A stretch of DNA of 64,000 bases from a virus. A program made the translations under genes and the position numbers. Location of the stretch: IMG/VR virus record IMGVR_UViG_3300032299_001203, positions 32,001 through 96,000 of that record. One strand, 5' to 3'. A model generated the notes under the pieces. That model was not told where the DNA came from and did no database searches. It saw only the letters and a program-made list of their open reading frames with translations. This document shows, one piece after another, positions 32,230 through 41,738 of the stretch (its first letter is position 1; the number at the start of each line of letters is the position of its first letter).

Positions 32230-33588
32230 ATGCCTAATAAAGATTCAAGATTAATTAGCGGTCGAGTTCCGGTAAGTAATTCGTCCAGTGTAACATCAGA
32301 TAGATATGAATATCTGGATTTAAGTTCTGCGGAACCAAATTTAGGTGTTGGTAATACTGGTGATGTTTTAATTTATAGTTCAAACACACCTGGTAATAGG
32401 CAATGGGTTTTACCTAGTCAGATAAATGCGTATGATGCTATCGCCAGAGCTCAAGCAAATGCGGCATTTTTGGCAGCCAATACAGCTGCAGCAAATACTG
32501 TTGTATTGCAAAATGTTAATGATTCACAAAACTCCGCAATTACAGTTCTTCAAGGTGTCGATAGTGGTCAAAATGCTTTTATTAATTCTGTAAGTTCTTT
32601 TGCTCAAAGTGCTTTTCAACAAGCCAATACCGCTTCAGCAAATACTGTATATTTACAAGGTGCATTAAATACTGCCAATTCGAATACTGTTATATTACAA
32701 GGCCAACAAGATTCACAAAATGCTTCAATAACAGCCGTTAATCAATATGCTCAATCGGCATTTAGTTCATCAAATACAAATGCAGTACAAATTAGCCAAG
32801 TAAGCACATATTCTCAATTTGCTTTTTCTTTGGCCAACACAGTACAAGCAGGTTTAACAACCACACAAATTTATGTACAAGGTATTAATGATTCTCAAAA
32901 TGCTTCTGTAGCAAATTCTTTTTCTTATACCAATAGTGCTTTTTTAAGAGCTAATAATTCACTTGTTTTAGCTCAAGCTGCTTTCGATAAAGCAAATACT
33001 TTTGGTGGTGGTGCAGGTGGTGGTGGCGGAGGAAGTGACTTTGACGGAGGTTCAATCACTCAACAGTTAATTCTTCTGAATACAGAAGATGCTGTGTCAA
33101 ACACCACAGGTTCTTTGCAAGTTAGAGGTGGTGCCGGTATCAAAGGTAACCTCTATGTAAGTCAAATTTATATTACAGGTAACAATGGACTTAACTTTCC
33201 TGATGGTTCAACCTTCAATGTGGCCACAACCTTTGTTACCTACGTACTGGATGATATTTCACAAAAATTTGATGGTAAAACAACCAATTTTGATCTAACA
33301 CACTCTGGTGGTCAAGTAGTTATACCTACTAATCCAGTTCAACTAAATATATCGATAGGTAATATAAAAATAAACCCGGCAACCAGAATTGATGATTTGG
33401 TTCATTTGACAGAAATTTCTCTATTCGATAGAGGTTATATTTTTTCAAACAATCAAATTTTATTTGCTTCGGCACCATCACCGAGTTTAGGATTTTTTGG
33501 TACTTTTACATCAAACCAAGTAGTACCAAAAGACTATAGTTATATAACAACACCATTTACACCACTAAATATAATGCTAGGACCTTAA
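32230..33588 (+). CDS. Coiled-coil fibre stalk protein
   Basis: RLISGRV...RYEYLDL..AEPNLG N-terminus, AQAAF/ANT repeats, TTGSLQVRGGAGIKGNLYV, LDDIS..FDG.TT.F.L. Confidence 0.75.
   Translation: MPNKDSRLISGRVPVSNSSSVTSDRYEYLDLSSAEPNLGVGNTGDVLIYSSNTPGNRQWVLPSQINAYDAIARAQANAAFLAANTAAANTVVLQNVNDSQNSAITVLQGVDSGQNAFINSVSSFAQSAFQQANTASANTVYLQGALNTANSNTVILQGQQDSQNASITAVNQYAQSAFSSSNTNAVQISQVSTYSQFAFSLANTVQAGLTTTQIYVQGINDSQNASVANSFSYTNSAFLRANNSLVLAQAAFDKANTFGGGAGGGGGGSDFDGGSITQQLILLNTEDAVSNTTGSLQVRGGAGIKGNLYVSQIYITGNNGLNFPDGSTFNVATTFVTYVLDDISQKFDGKTTNFDLTHSGGQVVIPTNPVQLNISIGNIKINPATRIDDLVHLTEISLFDRGYIFSNNQILFASAPSPSLGFFGTFTSNQVVPKDYSYITTPFTPLNIMLGP
33564..33571 (+). promoter_or_regulatory. Possible late promoter (ACTAAATA) inside the 3' end of the preceding gene
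   Basis: About 30 bp upstream of the start at 33601. Confidence 0.4.
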
Positions 33589-33600
33589 AGGAAAACTAAA

Positions 33601-36600
33601 ATGGCAAGACGAATAATCTTAGAAACCCACTATACATTCACACCATCAACAAGAACGATTGTGCTACCAAGAGTTCTGCCAAAAGAACGTTTATTGTTGA
33701 TTACGAATGTCACTACAAATAAAGTACTCTATAACTTTAGTGATCCTACACTCACCACCACTAATTATATTATTACTCAAGGTACAGATATTTCTACTCC
33801 ACCATCTACTAGCATTGTATTGAGTTATAATACTACCAGTATGTCCTCAACAGACAAAATACAAATTGTTGTTGATGAAATTGCTGAGGCATTTGAGCCT
33901 GTAGATTCACTCTATGATCCGGTTGGTAAATTAAGAGTTTCGGAACCAGAAGCTTTGATTGATACTGACTTTGAATTTGGTTTACAACCAACAAAATGGG
34001 AAAATTTAACTTTATTAAATAATCGTCCTTCATTCTTTACAAATACACAAGTACCAATTAATTTGTTGAATTTATCAGCAACGAATGGTTCTGTTACTGT
34101 TGTAGCAAATACTTCTCCAAGTGCACCACCAGCAATTGGTACTCCAGTTTTGATTAATGATAGTTATTTTCCTGGAGGAAATGGACCATTTTTAGTTGAA
34201 GCAAACAACACATCACTAAACACTTTTTCTTATTCTGCAAGAAACACTTTTACAGCTCCAACCGGTTCAATTTTTAATTCTGCACAAACCGTTGCTTATG
34301 CTGGAACTTTTTATAGTAATACAAATATTGCTTTTACTTCCGTAACATCATCGGGTCAAGTAGTTACAGCAACAACAACTCAACCTCACGGTTTACAAGT
34401 TGGTGACGGAGTTTATTTTATTAATATGACAGCTGTATCAAATGCGCCAAACGGATCATGGACTGTGGCGGCCGCATTGTCAAGCACAGTTTTTCAAGTT
34501 ATTGTTAATGCTGCACCAGGATCATTAAACTCTACTGCTGGCACAATTTATCCAAGGCCAGATGGATTTTTTGCGCATCGAGCTTTTGATGGCGGTGTTC
34601 AATTTTCATCAGGTGGTCCTTCAGGAAATGGTAGCGCAATTCGTCAAACTCGTAAATATTTCCGTTACCAATCAGGTAAAGGTTTACAAATGAGTTCTGG
34701 TACAATTCTTAAACCAAGTTTAAATGTTGATGAAATTTCTTCATCAGGTACAACTTGTAGAGTAACAACAAAAATTCCTCATCAGATGGCTCCAGGAGTT
34801 AGTGTACGAATTTCAGGTTGCAACGAGAGTGCTTATAATGGTATATTCATTGTTGATTCTGTTATAAATCCTTTTACATTTACATATACAGCTATTAGTG
34901 CACCATCAGCAACTCCAGCTTCTGGTGCAGCAAACGTATCGGTCAATAATTGGTATAATGCAGCTGCTCGATTAGGAATGTTTGATTCTAATAACGGGCT
35001 TTACTTTGAGTTTGATGGCCAACAATTGTATGCAGTTAGAAGAAATACTACTCAACAAATTTCTGGTTATGTAAATTTAACAAATAATTCTGCAACAGTT
35101 ACAGGAGTAGAGGTTAATGGTGTAACAACCAAATTTAGTAAACAATTGTTGCCTGGTGACAATGTATTAATTCGTGGTACTTCATATAGAATTGTTGATA
35201 TTCTTAGCGATACATCAATGACAATTGTTCCTCCATATAGAGGACCATCTTATTCTGGCAGTAATGGTGTAACTATTTCTAAAACCAATGAACTTAGAAC
35301 TCCACAATCACAATTTAATATTGATAAGTTAGATGGAACCGGCCCAAGTGGCATGATTTTAGATTTATCTAAAATGCACATGTTTTTAATCGATTATTCT
35401 TGGTATGGTGCGGGTACAGTTCGTTTTGGATTCAGAGATACACAAGGTAAAATTGTGTATGTTCACAGAATGGTTAATAGTAATCAAAACACCGAAGCTT
35501 ATATGCGTTCTGGTAACTTACCTGCTCGGTATGAAATTGATTGTAAACCGCTTAGAGCTGTTTTAGCTGCAACTTGTTTAAGTTCAGATACCACATTAAC
35601 AGTATCCAATACTGCTGGATTCCCAAGTGTAGGAACATTATTAATTGCAAACCCAGGTGCATATGAATATGTTAATTACACAGGTATTTCATCCAACACA
35701 GTATTTACTGGTGTAACAAGAGGTACTGGTACAACCACTATTGCAAGCATTGCAACTACTGCAAATTCAATTAATGTCACTACAACAAGTTCTGTAACCG
35801 GAATACATAAAGGAATGTATGTATACGGTCCTAATATTCCAAACAATTCATTTATTTATAATATTATTCCAGGTGCTACAAGTGTTATTCAATTATCACA
35901 AGCTGCTACTGGAACTGCTGCGGGACAAACATTAAACTTTAATCAAATGGGTGTATCAGCAACAACTCATTCATATAGTGCTTCAGGTCCTATTGCAGTA
36001 TATTTACATAGTCCATACTTTGGTCCAACAGTAAGCCATTGGGGAACTTCTGTAATAATGGACGGTAGATTTGATGATGATAAAAATTTACAATTTACTT
36101 ATGGTGAACTTGTTCAGACTACTGTTGCTGCTGGTGCTACAGCTGCATTGTTAAGTATTCGATTGGCTCCATCTGTTGATAATGGTATTACAGGTTTTCT
36201 TGGCCAAAAAGAAATTATTAACCGTATGCAATTGCAATTAAAATCACTTGGTGTTCTAGTTAATGGCTCATTTTTAATTAACTTAGTACTAAATGGTACT
36301 GTAGTAACATCAACTGGTAATTTAGGAACTTTTGGTCGTTTAGCAGTAGGAACATCAAGTTTGGCTCAGATTGCCGATCACACAGGTAATGTGACGATAT
36401 CCGGCGGCGAAAATATTTACGGTTTCTATGCAGTTAATTCTGCTGGTGCTGGTAATTTTTCTGTACAATCATCCGATTTAAGTTTCCTTCGTGAAATGGG
36501 TAACTCTATTCTTGGTGGAGCTATATCTAATACACCAGGTCAAGGAATTTATCCTGATGGTCCTGATGTTGTTACAATTTTGGCAACCAATATTGGTACC

Positions 36601-36651
36601 GCTTCAGCAAACTGTCAAGCTCGTTTAAACTGGACAGAAGCTCAGGCATAA
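33601..36651 (+). CDS. Large beta-rich virion structural protein
   Basis: GKLRVSEPEALIDTDFEFGLQPTKWE, RQTRKYFRYQSGKG, YSWYGAG.VRFG, YMRSGNLPARYE; repeated HGL..GD.V-type small beta-barrels. Confidence 0.75.
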   Translation: MARRIILETHYTFTPSTRTIVLPRVLPKERLLLITNVTTNKVLYNFSDPTLTTTNYIITQGTDISTPPSTSIVLSYNTTSMSSTDKIQIVVDEIAEAFEPVDSLYDPVGKLRVSEPEALIDTDFEFGLQPTKWENLTLLNNRPSFFTNTQVPINLLNLSATNGSVTVVANTSPSAPPAIGTPVLINDSYFPGGNGPFLVEANNTSLNTFSYSARNTFTAPTGSIFNSAQTVAYAGTFYSNTNIAFTSVTSSGQVVTATTTQPHGLQVGDGVYFINMTAVSNAPNGSWTVAAALSSTVFQVIVNAAPGSLNSTAGTIYPRPDGFFAHRAFDGGVQFSSGGPSGNGSAIRQTRKYFRYQSGKGLQMSSGTILKPSLNVDEISSSGTTCRVTTKIPHQMAPGVSVRISGCNESAYNGIFIVDSVINPFTFTYTAISAPSATPASGAANVSVNNWYNAAARLGMFDSNNGLYFEFDGQQLYAVRRNTTQQISGYVNLTNNSATVTGVEVNGVTTKFSKQLLPGDNVLIRGTSYRIVDILSDTSMTIVPPYRGPSYSGSNGVTISKTNELRTPQSQFNIDKLDGTGPSGMILDLSKMHMFLIDYSWYGAGTVRFGFRDTQGKIVYVHRMVNSNQNTEAYMRSGNLPARYEIDCKPLRAVLAATCLSSDTTLTVSNTAGFPSVGTLLIANPGAYEYVNYTGISSNTVFTGVTRGTGTTTIASIATTANSINVTTTSSVTGIHKGMYVYGPNIPNNSFIYNIIPGATSVIQLSQAATGTAAGQTLNFNQMGVSATTHSYSASGPIAVYLHSPYFGPTVSHWGTSVIMDGRFDDDKNLQFTYGELVQTTVAAGATAALLSIRLAPSVDNGITGFLGQKEIINRMQLQLKSLGVLVNGSFLINLVLNGTVVTSTGNLGTFGRLAVGTSSLAQIADHTGNVTISGGENIYGFYAVNSAGAGNFSVQSSDLSFLREMGNSILGGAISNTPGQGIYPDGPDVVTILATNIGTASANCQARLNWTEAQA

Positions 36652-36663
36652 TAAAAAAATAAT

Positions 36664-37230
36664 ATGTCTATTAATAAAATAGTATTAGAAACTGATGGGT
36701 TGATTGTAGGTGATAATCAACTTGTGGCATCCGGTGGTGGTGTTTCTATTGGCAAAAATTTAGTTGTCGAAGGAAACACCTACACAGGAAATATTATATC
36801 GTCTAATGTGGTAACACAAACATTATTTGCTACATCAATATTTTTTCCTGCTAATAATGCTACAGGATCTCCACAACAAACAATTACTGGTGCCACAGTA
36901 TTAGAAAAACAATATACAAAATTGGGAGGTTTAACTCCTTTTGTGGATAATTTAAATAGATTTTATCCATCTGCTCCTGTTTTAGTAACATCTCTTTTAG
37001 CAAGAGTAGGAACAGCACCAATTGGAGCAAATGCAACATTTTCAGTATGTAAAAATGGCATTCCAAGTGCCAATTTAACAATTTTATCAGGTCAAACCGC
37101 TTCAGCTGAAGTAGTAACTTCTATTACAGCAACTACGGGAGATTTCTTTAATATAAATATAAATACTATTGGAGCAACAGTTGCAGGTGCCGACTTGTAT
37201 GTTATACTTAAATACTTTAGAACCACTTAA
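36664..37230 (+). CDS. Small structural adaptor with C-terminal jelly-roll
   Basis: RFYP......SLLARVGTAP.GA.......KNG...GDFFNINI..IG...AGADLYVILKY. Confidence 0.7.
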   Translation: MSINKIVLETDGLIVGDNQLVASGGGVSIGKNLVVEGNTYTGNIISSNVVTQTLFATSIFFPANNATGSPQQTITGATVLEKQYTKLGGLTPFVDNLNRFYPSAPVLVTSLLARVGTAPIGANATFSVCKNGIPSANLTILSGQTASAEVVTSITATTGDFFNININTIGATVAGADLYVILKYFRTT

Positions 37231-37253
37231 AAAAATATAATTGGAGAAATAAG

Positions 37254-37466
37254 ATGGCAATAACCCATACTTTCATAAACAACAGTCTTGAAGTGTTTAA
37301 AGACGGCGTAGTTCAAATTAATCAACCATTTAGACCAACTTCAACAGGTGATCAACCTGCATGGGAAACTGAGCAAGAAGCTCTTGAATGGTTTTATGAA
37401 AACGGTTCTCATAGATTTGCAAAAGAAGAAATTGAAGAATACAAAATAAGTTTGGGAGCAGAATAA
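37254..37466 (+). CDS. Small acidic protein, possible fibre assembly chaperone
   Basis: 70 aa, RBS ggag; QPFRP......W.TE.EALEW motif; its stop abuts the next start. Confidence 0.7.
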   Translation: MAITHTFINNSLEVFKDGVVQINQPFRPTSTGDQPAWETEQEALEWFYENGSHRFAKEEIEEYKISLGAE

Positions 37467-39434
37467 ATGCCAAAAATTAAATCAGTTCAAGTATCAAATA
37501 CAAGATATCAATTAATTGAAGATCCAAATCCTAGCTTCAACAGGTTATTTCAAGACGGACAAGCTCTCGATTTAAATACATTGGTTCCTGCATGGCAAAA
37601 ACAATTTATGTACAATATTGGTGGCACTCAACAATATGCTGGCCAAAATCATTTTGATGGAACTTTTCAGGATATTCAACCAGCTTTAACTCGAACCAAT
37701 TTAGCTACTGGTTTTACAGATAATTTTCCTGTTTTAGATTATGGATTTTTTAGAATTGGATATATGGCTTTACAAAAAGGCACCGTTTCAACTTACGCTG
37801 TAGCTGATGGTTCTGCAGAGAGTGGTGCTACTGCAGGCGGCTCAGGCTCAACGTATTCAAGGTCAACTTTACAAGGCCAATATGATACTTATTGGTGGTC
37901 TTTAGATTTTGCAAATTATCCTGTTGTAAAAAGTTGGAAAAGTCCTGTAACAGGATATTGCCACATGATTTATTATCCAAAAGAAATTTTAAATAATGAC
38001 ACAACTACGATTGGTTGGGGAACTTGGTTGTCCGATTTAACTCAAGGTATAAACAATACATCAAATAACTCAGCATTATTCATCAACACACATAATCTTC
38101 AAATGAATATGTTTTGTTGGGAAGATACCAATTTTGGTGTTATGTATGGTATGAGAAAAATTGGTGGCCAATCGCAAAGAGCAGTAGCTGTTCAAGGATT
38201 TAATTTTGGAAATACTTACAGTTTTACAACCAGTATTGTAGCACCAGGAGATCAATCATGCATATTTTTTATGGGTGTTGATAGCTTTGGATTTACTTGG
38301 TGGTATCAACATCAAGATCAACGTGACGATAGTAGAGGATTTATTTACAAAATTGATCCTAGAAATTTAGCTTCAACAACAATGATTTCTGCTTTAACAT
38401 CACAATCTGTTCAAACTACTAGAACTAGTGGAGGATATAAGAGAAATTGGCCAAGTAATATTCGCCGTGATGCCAATAATCGTTATGTACTTTATACTTC
38501 ACATTTTGATAACAATGATTCACAATTAGCTCCAATGAGAATTGTGTGGGATGCAGCAAACGGAACAGTCAATACCGCTAACTGTAATATGGTTTTCCCG
38601 GTAGGTCAAAATTATCGTAGTTTTGCATCACCAATGGCGATTCCGGTGGTTGATGCCACCGGTTTTAATAACCATACATGGATGATGAAGCCACACCAGT
38701 TTACTTCGAATGGTAACACATATATTACATACTGGTTGGTTGATCAATTCGCATGGCCATCGGCTTCTTTATCTGGTACATATCAAACTTATTATTCGTC
38801 TAACGGAAATATTCGTTGGGCAAATACAGCACAAAGAACAATGGTAACTTATCAGATTGCTGCTAACTCTGGTTTTGGAAATCCTCTTGCAAATAGCGAT
38901 GCAACATTAATTTACCATAGTAATTACACATTTAGCACAGTTCTTGATATTCCTAAAAACTTTATGCCAATCAATGCCAACAACACATTGATGGCTGTTG
39001 TTTCTGGAAGTAAAACAAACTTCTTTGCTTGGAACAATCAAACTGGTTGGGCTTCAGGTGGCGTATACAATACCGAATTCCGTATGCTTGGTATGGATAC
39101 AACCAACAGAATTTGGGGTTATGCAATGGATGAAAACAATGGTAGTCTACATGTTCTCACACCAAGTTTATCAGTAAACGTTGTAATTCAAATGGCTTCT
39201 GTAAGTTATACCTACACAGGAACAACAATTAGTACATCAGCAACAATTAATGCTTATGACTTTACCGGTTCCAGAGTAGCAGCTAACGTTACATTGACCA
39301 TTGATGGTACAACAATGACGTTTGCACAAAATGGATTAAGAACATTAAATATTCAGACAAGTTCTACTATTGATACTACAGTTAATTTAAGTATTTTTGG
39401 TGGTGGTGTTAATAATATTTACGCCTACGCTTAA
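37467..39434 (+). CDS. Putative receptor-binding/structural protein, paralogue A
   Basis: Aromatic/Asn-rich beta protein with an Ig-like C-terminal domain; many blocks shared with 39474..41702. Confidence 0.7.
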   Translation: MPKIKSVQVSNTRYQLIEDPNPSFNRLFQDGQALDLNTLVPAWQKQFMYNIGGTQQYAGQNHFDGTFQDIQPALTRTNLATGFTDNFPVLDYGFFRIGYMALQKGTVSTYAVADGSAESGATAGGSGSTYSRSTLQGQYDTYWWSLDFANYPVVKSWKSPVTGYCHMIYYPKEILNNDTTTIGWGTWLSDLTQGINNTSNNSALFINTHNLQMNMFCWEDTNFGVMYGMRKIGGQSQRAVAVQGFNFGNTYSFTTSIVAPGDQSCIFFMGVDSFGFTWWYQHQDQRDDSRGFIYKIDPRNLASTTMISALTSQSVQTTRTSGGYKRNWPSNIRRDANNRYVLYTSHFDNNDSQLAPMRIVWDAANGTVNTANCNMVFPVGQNYRSFASPMAIPVVDATGFNNHTWMMKPHQFTSNGNTYITYWLVDQFAWPSASLSGTYQTYYSSNGNIRWANTAQRTMVTYQIAANSGFGNPLANSDATLIYHSNYTFSTVLDIPKNFMPINANNTLMAVVSGSKTNFFAWNNQTGWASGGVYNTEFRMLGMDTTNRIWGYAMDENNGSLHVLTPSLSVNVVIQMASVSYTYTGTTISTSATINAYDFTGSRVAANVTLTIDGTTMTFAQNGLRTLNIQTSSTIDTTVNLSIFGGGVNNIYAYA

Positions 39435-39442
39435 TCTAAATA
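39435..39442 (+). promoter_or_regulatory. Late promoter variant (TCTAAATA)
   Basis: Intergenic between the two paralogues. Confidence 0.5.
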
Positions 39443-39473
39443 ACATTATACTTTAATTTTAGGGAAGTTAAAA

Positions 39474-41702
39474 ATGCCAGAAATCAGAACAGTTCAATAT
39501 ACAGATAGAAAAATTGCAGTTATTGAGGACCCAAATCCAACATTTAGCCGGATTTTTATTGATACGGTTCAACACGATTTAACAACTTTGACTCCATCAT
39601 GGACTAAAAGCTGGCATTATAACTATCAAGGTATTCAATGGCACGCCACAGGCAATTCATATGCTCAACTTGTTGGTTCTTTTGGTCCAGGACAAGGAAT
39701 ACAAAGAGTTATTAAATCCAGCACTGGCGTTTCAATGGCCACAATGGAAGCAAACATTTATTTTCCGGTAAGTGATGATGGATTTTTTAGAGCTGGAATT
39801 ATGTGTTTGTCTAAAGGAACAATTTCAACTTATGCAGTAGGTGATCAGTCAAACAATTTTGCAGCAAATACCAATGCATCCAATACTATTCAAGGTGGTT
39901 CAAGAGCTTTCAATAATTTTCAACACGACACTTATCACCAAACAATGGATTTTGCAAATTATCCTATGTTAAAATTAGCAAGAGTTGCTAATAATACTTT
40001 AGTTATCGCAATTCTACCTGGTGACCGAGGCCTCGGTGGCCAAATATCTTCCGGCGGCTCAACAAATCAGTTTGGCCAGAATCTCGTTTTTAATATAAAT
40101 GCAAATGATGGTTGGTTTCTTTATGGTTCAGATATAACTGCTGGTATTGGTGCTACATATGGTGTTCCTGGATTGCAATCGTTTACTAGTGGCGGCACAA
40201 ACAACCCTCCACTAGTAACATTAGCACTAAGCCAAGCTGAAGCAATAGCAAATCCAACAACTCGAAATGTGATTGGTGGCCAAAGTTGGGGATTTGGTAA
40301 ACTGGGAAGTTCCATTGCATGGGAAGATTCTGGTAATGGTTTCATTTATATGATGAACAACGCAAATCCATCTAAACCTTATGTTAGTAGAATTACTGGT
40401 TATACAACAGTAAATCCTGTTATTAATCCGGTGATTGGTGGTGTTGGAAGTCCATCCAGTTGGGACTCTACCGGTTCAGCCAACAACCAACAACGTATTT
40501 TCTTTGCTGGTGTAGATAACTTAGGCAATACATTGTGGGTGATAGCTAATGACAGTCCATCCAGAGCTCACTCTGTTGATACTGGTATTATAGTTCAACG
40601 TTTAAGTTCACAAAATAATTTCTTCTCAAACGTTTCCTTTATTCATACTTCAGCAAATCAAAATACTCATTTTACCAGTTATTCCGGTGAAAGATTACGC
40701 AGATTATCTCCAAGTAACATGCGCAGAGATGCGGCTGACGCCAATCGTTGGGTATTTTATACTCCTCATTATGATTCAGGTACTGCAACCAATCCAAATA
40801 ACTTCCCTGGAGGTTCTGCTTTTGGTAACGCAAACTTGATTCCTTTAAGATGGACAATCAATGTCAATACAGGTAATGTACAACCATCTTATTGTAACAT
40901 AGCTTACCTTGGATCAAATTCTCACTGGAATATTGCTGCTCCAATGGTGTTGAATATGAACCAATGGACTCCAGATACAGCAAACAATACTTGCCCATGG
41001 GGAATGAAGCCTCATCAGTTTGTATCGAATGGTAATACATACATTACTTTCTGGATTACAGACCAGATGGCATTATCTTCAACTGGTCAAGGTGCTCGGC
41101 GTTGGCCTACTCCAAATACCAGAACCATGATTACGTATCGGGCAGGTACAGGTACTAGTGACAACCAATTGACATATCATAGCGCATATACATTCTTCAC
41201 ATTGCAAGATATTCCTAAGAATTTTATGCCTTTAAATGCTAATTCGACTCAGATGATAGTTCCACAAACATACAAGACTTCATTCTTTGTTTGGGAAGAT
41301 GCTACTGGTTGGAGAGTTGGTTCAGTATACAATTCTGAATTCCGCACATTAGGTATGGATGCAACAAATCGTATTTGGGGTTATGCAATGGATAAACATA
41401 ATGGTAGTATTCACATTATTACTCCTACATTACCTGTAAACGTTGCTGTTATTATGTCTGGTACAAACTTTACATATACAGGAACAACTATTTCAGCAAC
41501 TGCTACAGTAAATGCTTATGATTATACTGGAAATAGATTAGCAGCCAATGTACAACTATCAATTGATGGTTCTACAATGTTGTTTGCTACAAATAGTTCT
41601 AGAAACTTAACAGTATCTACAAGCAATACAGCTGATACTGTGGTTCCCGTGAATATTACTGGTGGTGGAATTAATAATATCTATGCTGCTATAAGCGTAT
41701 AA
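39474..41702 (+). CDS. Putative receptor-binding/structural protein, paralogue B
   Basis: Shares IEDPNP.F.R, MKPHQF.SNGNTYIT, DIPKNFMP and LGMD.TNRIWGYAMD with the upstream gene. Confidence 0.7.
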   Translation: MPEIRTVQYTDRKIAVIEDPNPTFSRIFIDTVQHDLTTLTPSWTKSWHYNYQGIQWHATGNSYAQLVGSFGPGQGIQRVIKSSTGVSMATMEANIYFPVSDDGFFRAGIMCLSKGTISTYAVGDQSNNFAANTNASNTIQGGSRAFNNFQHDTYHQTMDFANYPMLKLARVANNTLVIAILPGDRGLGGQISSGGSTNQFGQNLVFNINANDGWFLYGSDITAGIGATYGVPGLQSFTSGGTNNPPLVTLALSQAEAIANPTTRNVIGGQSWGFGKLGSSIAWEDSGNGFIYMMNNANPSKPYVSRITGYTTVNPVINPVIGGVGSPSSWDSTGSANNQQRIFFAGVDNLGNTLWVIANDSPSRAHSVDTGIIVQRLSSQNNFFSNVSFIHTSANQNTHFTSYSGERLRRLSPSNMRRDAADANRWVFYTPHYDSGTATNPNNFPGGSAFGNANLIPLRWTINVNTGNVQPSYCNIAYLGSNSHWNIAAPMVLNMNQWTPDTANNTCPWGMKPHQFVSNGNTYITFWITDQMALSSTGQGARRWPTPNTRTMITYRAGTGTSDNQLTYHSAYTFFTLQDIPKNFMPLNANSTQMIVPQTYKTSFFVWEDATGWRVGSVYNSEFRTLGMDATNRIWGYAMDKHNGSIHIITPTLPVNVAVIMSGTNFTYTGTTISATATVNAYDYTGNRLAANVQLSIDGSTMLFATNSSRNLTVSTSNTADTVVPVNITGGGINNIYAAISV

Positions 41703-41706
41703 GACA

Positions 41707-41738
41707 GGTAACCCGATGACACTCGCTACCGGGTTACC
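41707..41738 (+). promoter_or_regulatory. Stem-loop occluding the translation start region of 41716
   Basis: Perfect 9-bp stem ggtaacccg/cgggttacc with the ATG in the loop. Confidence 0.55.
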
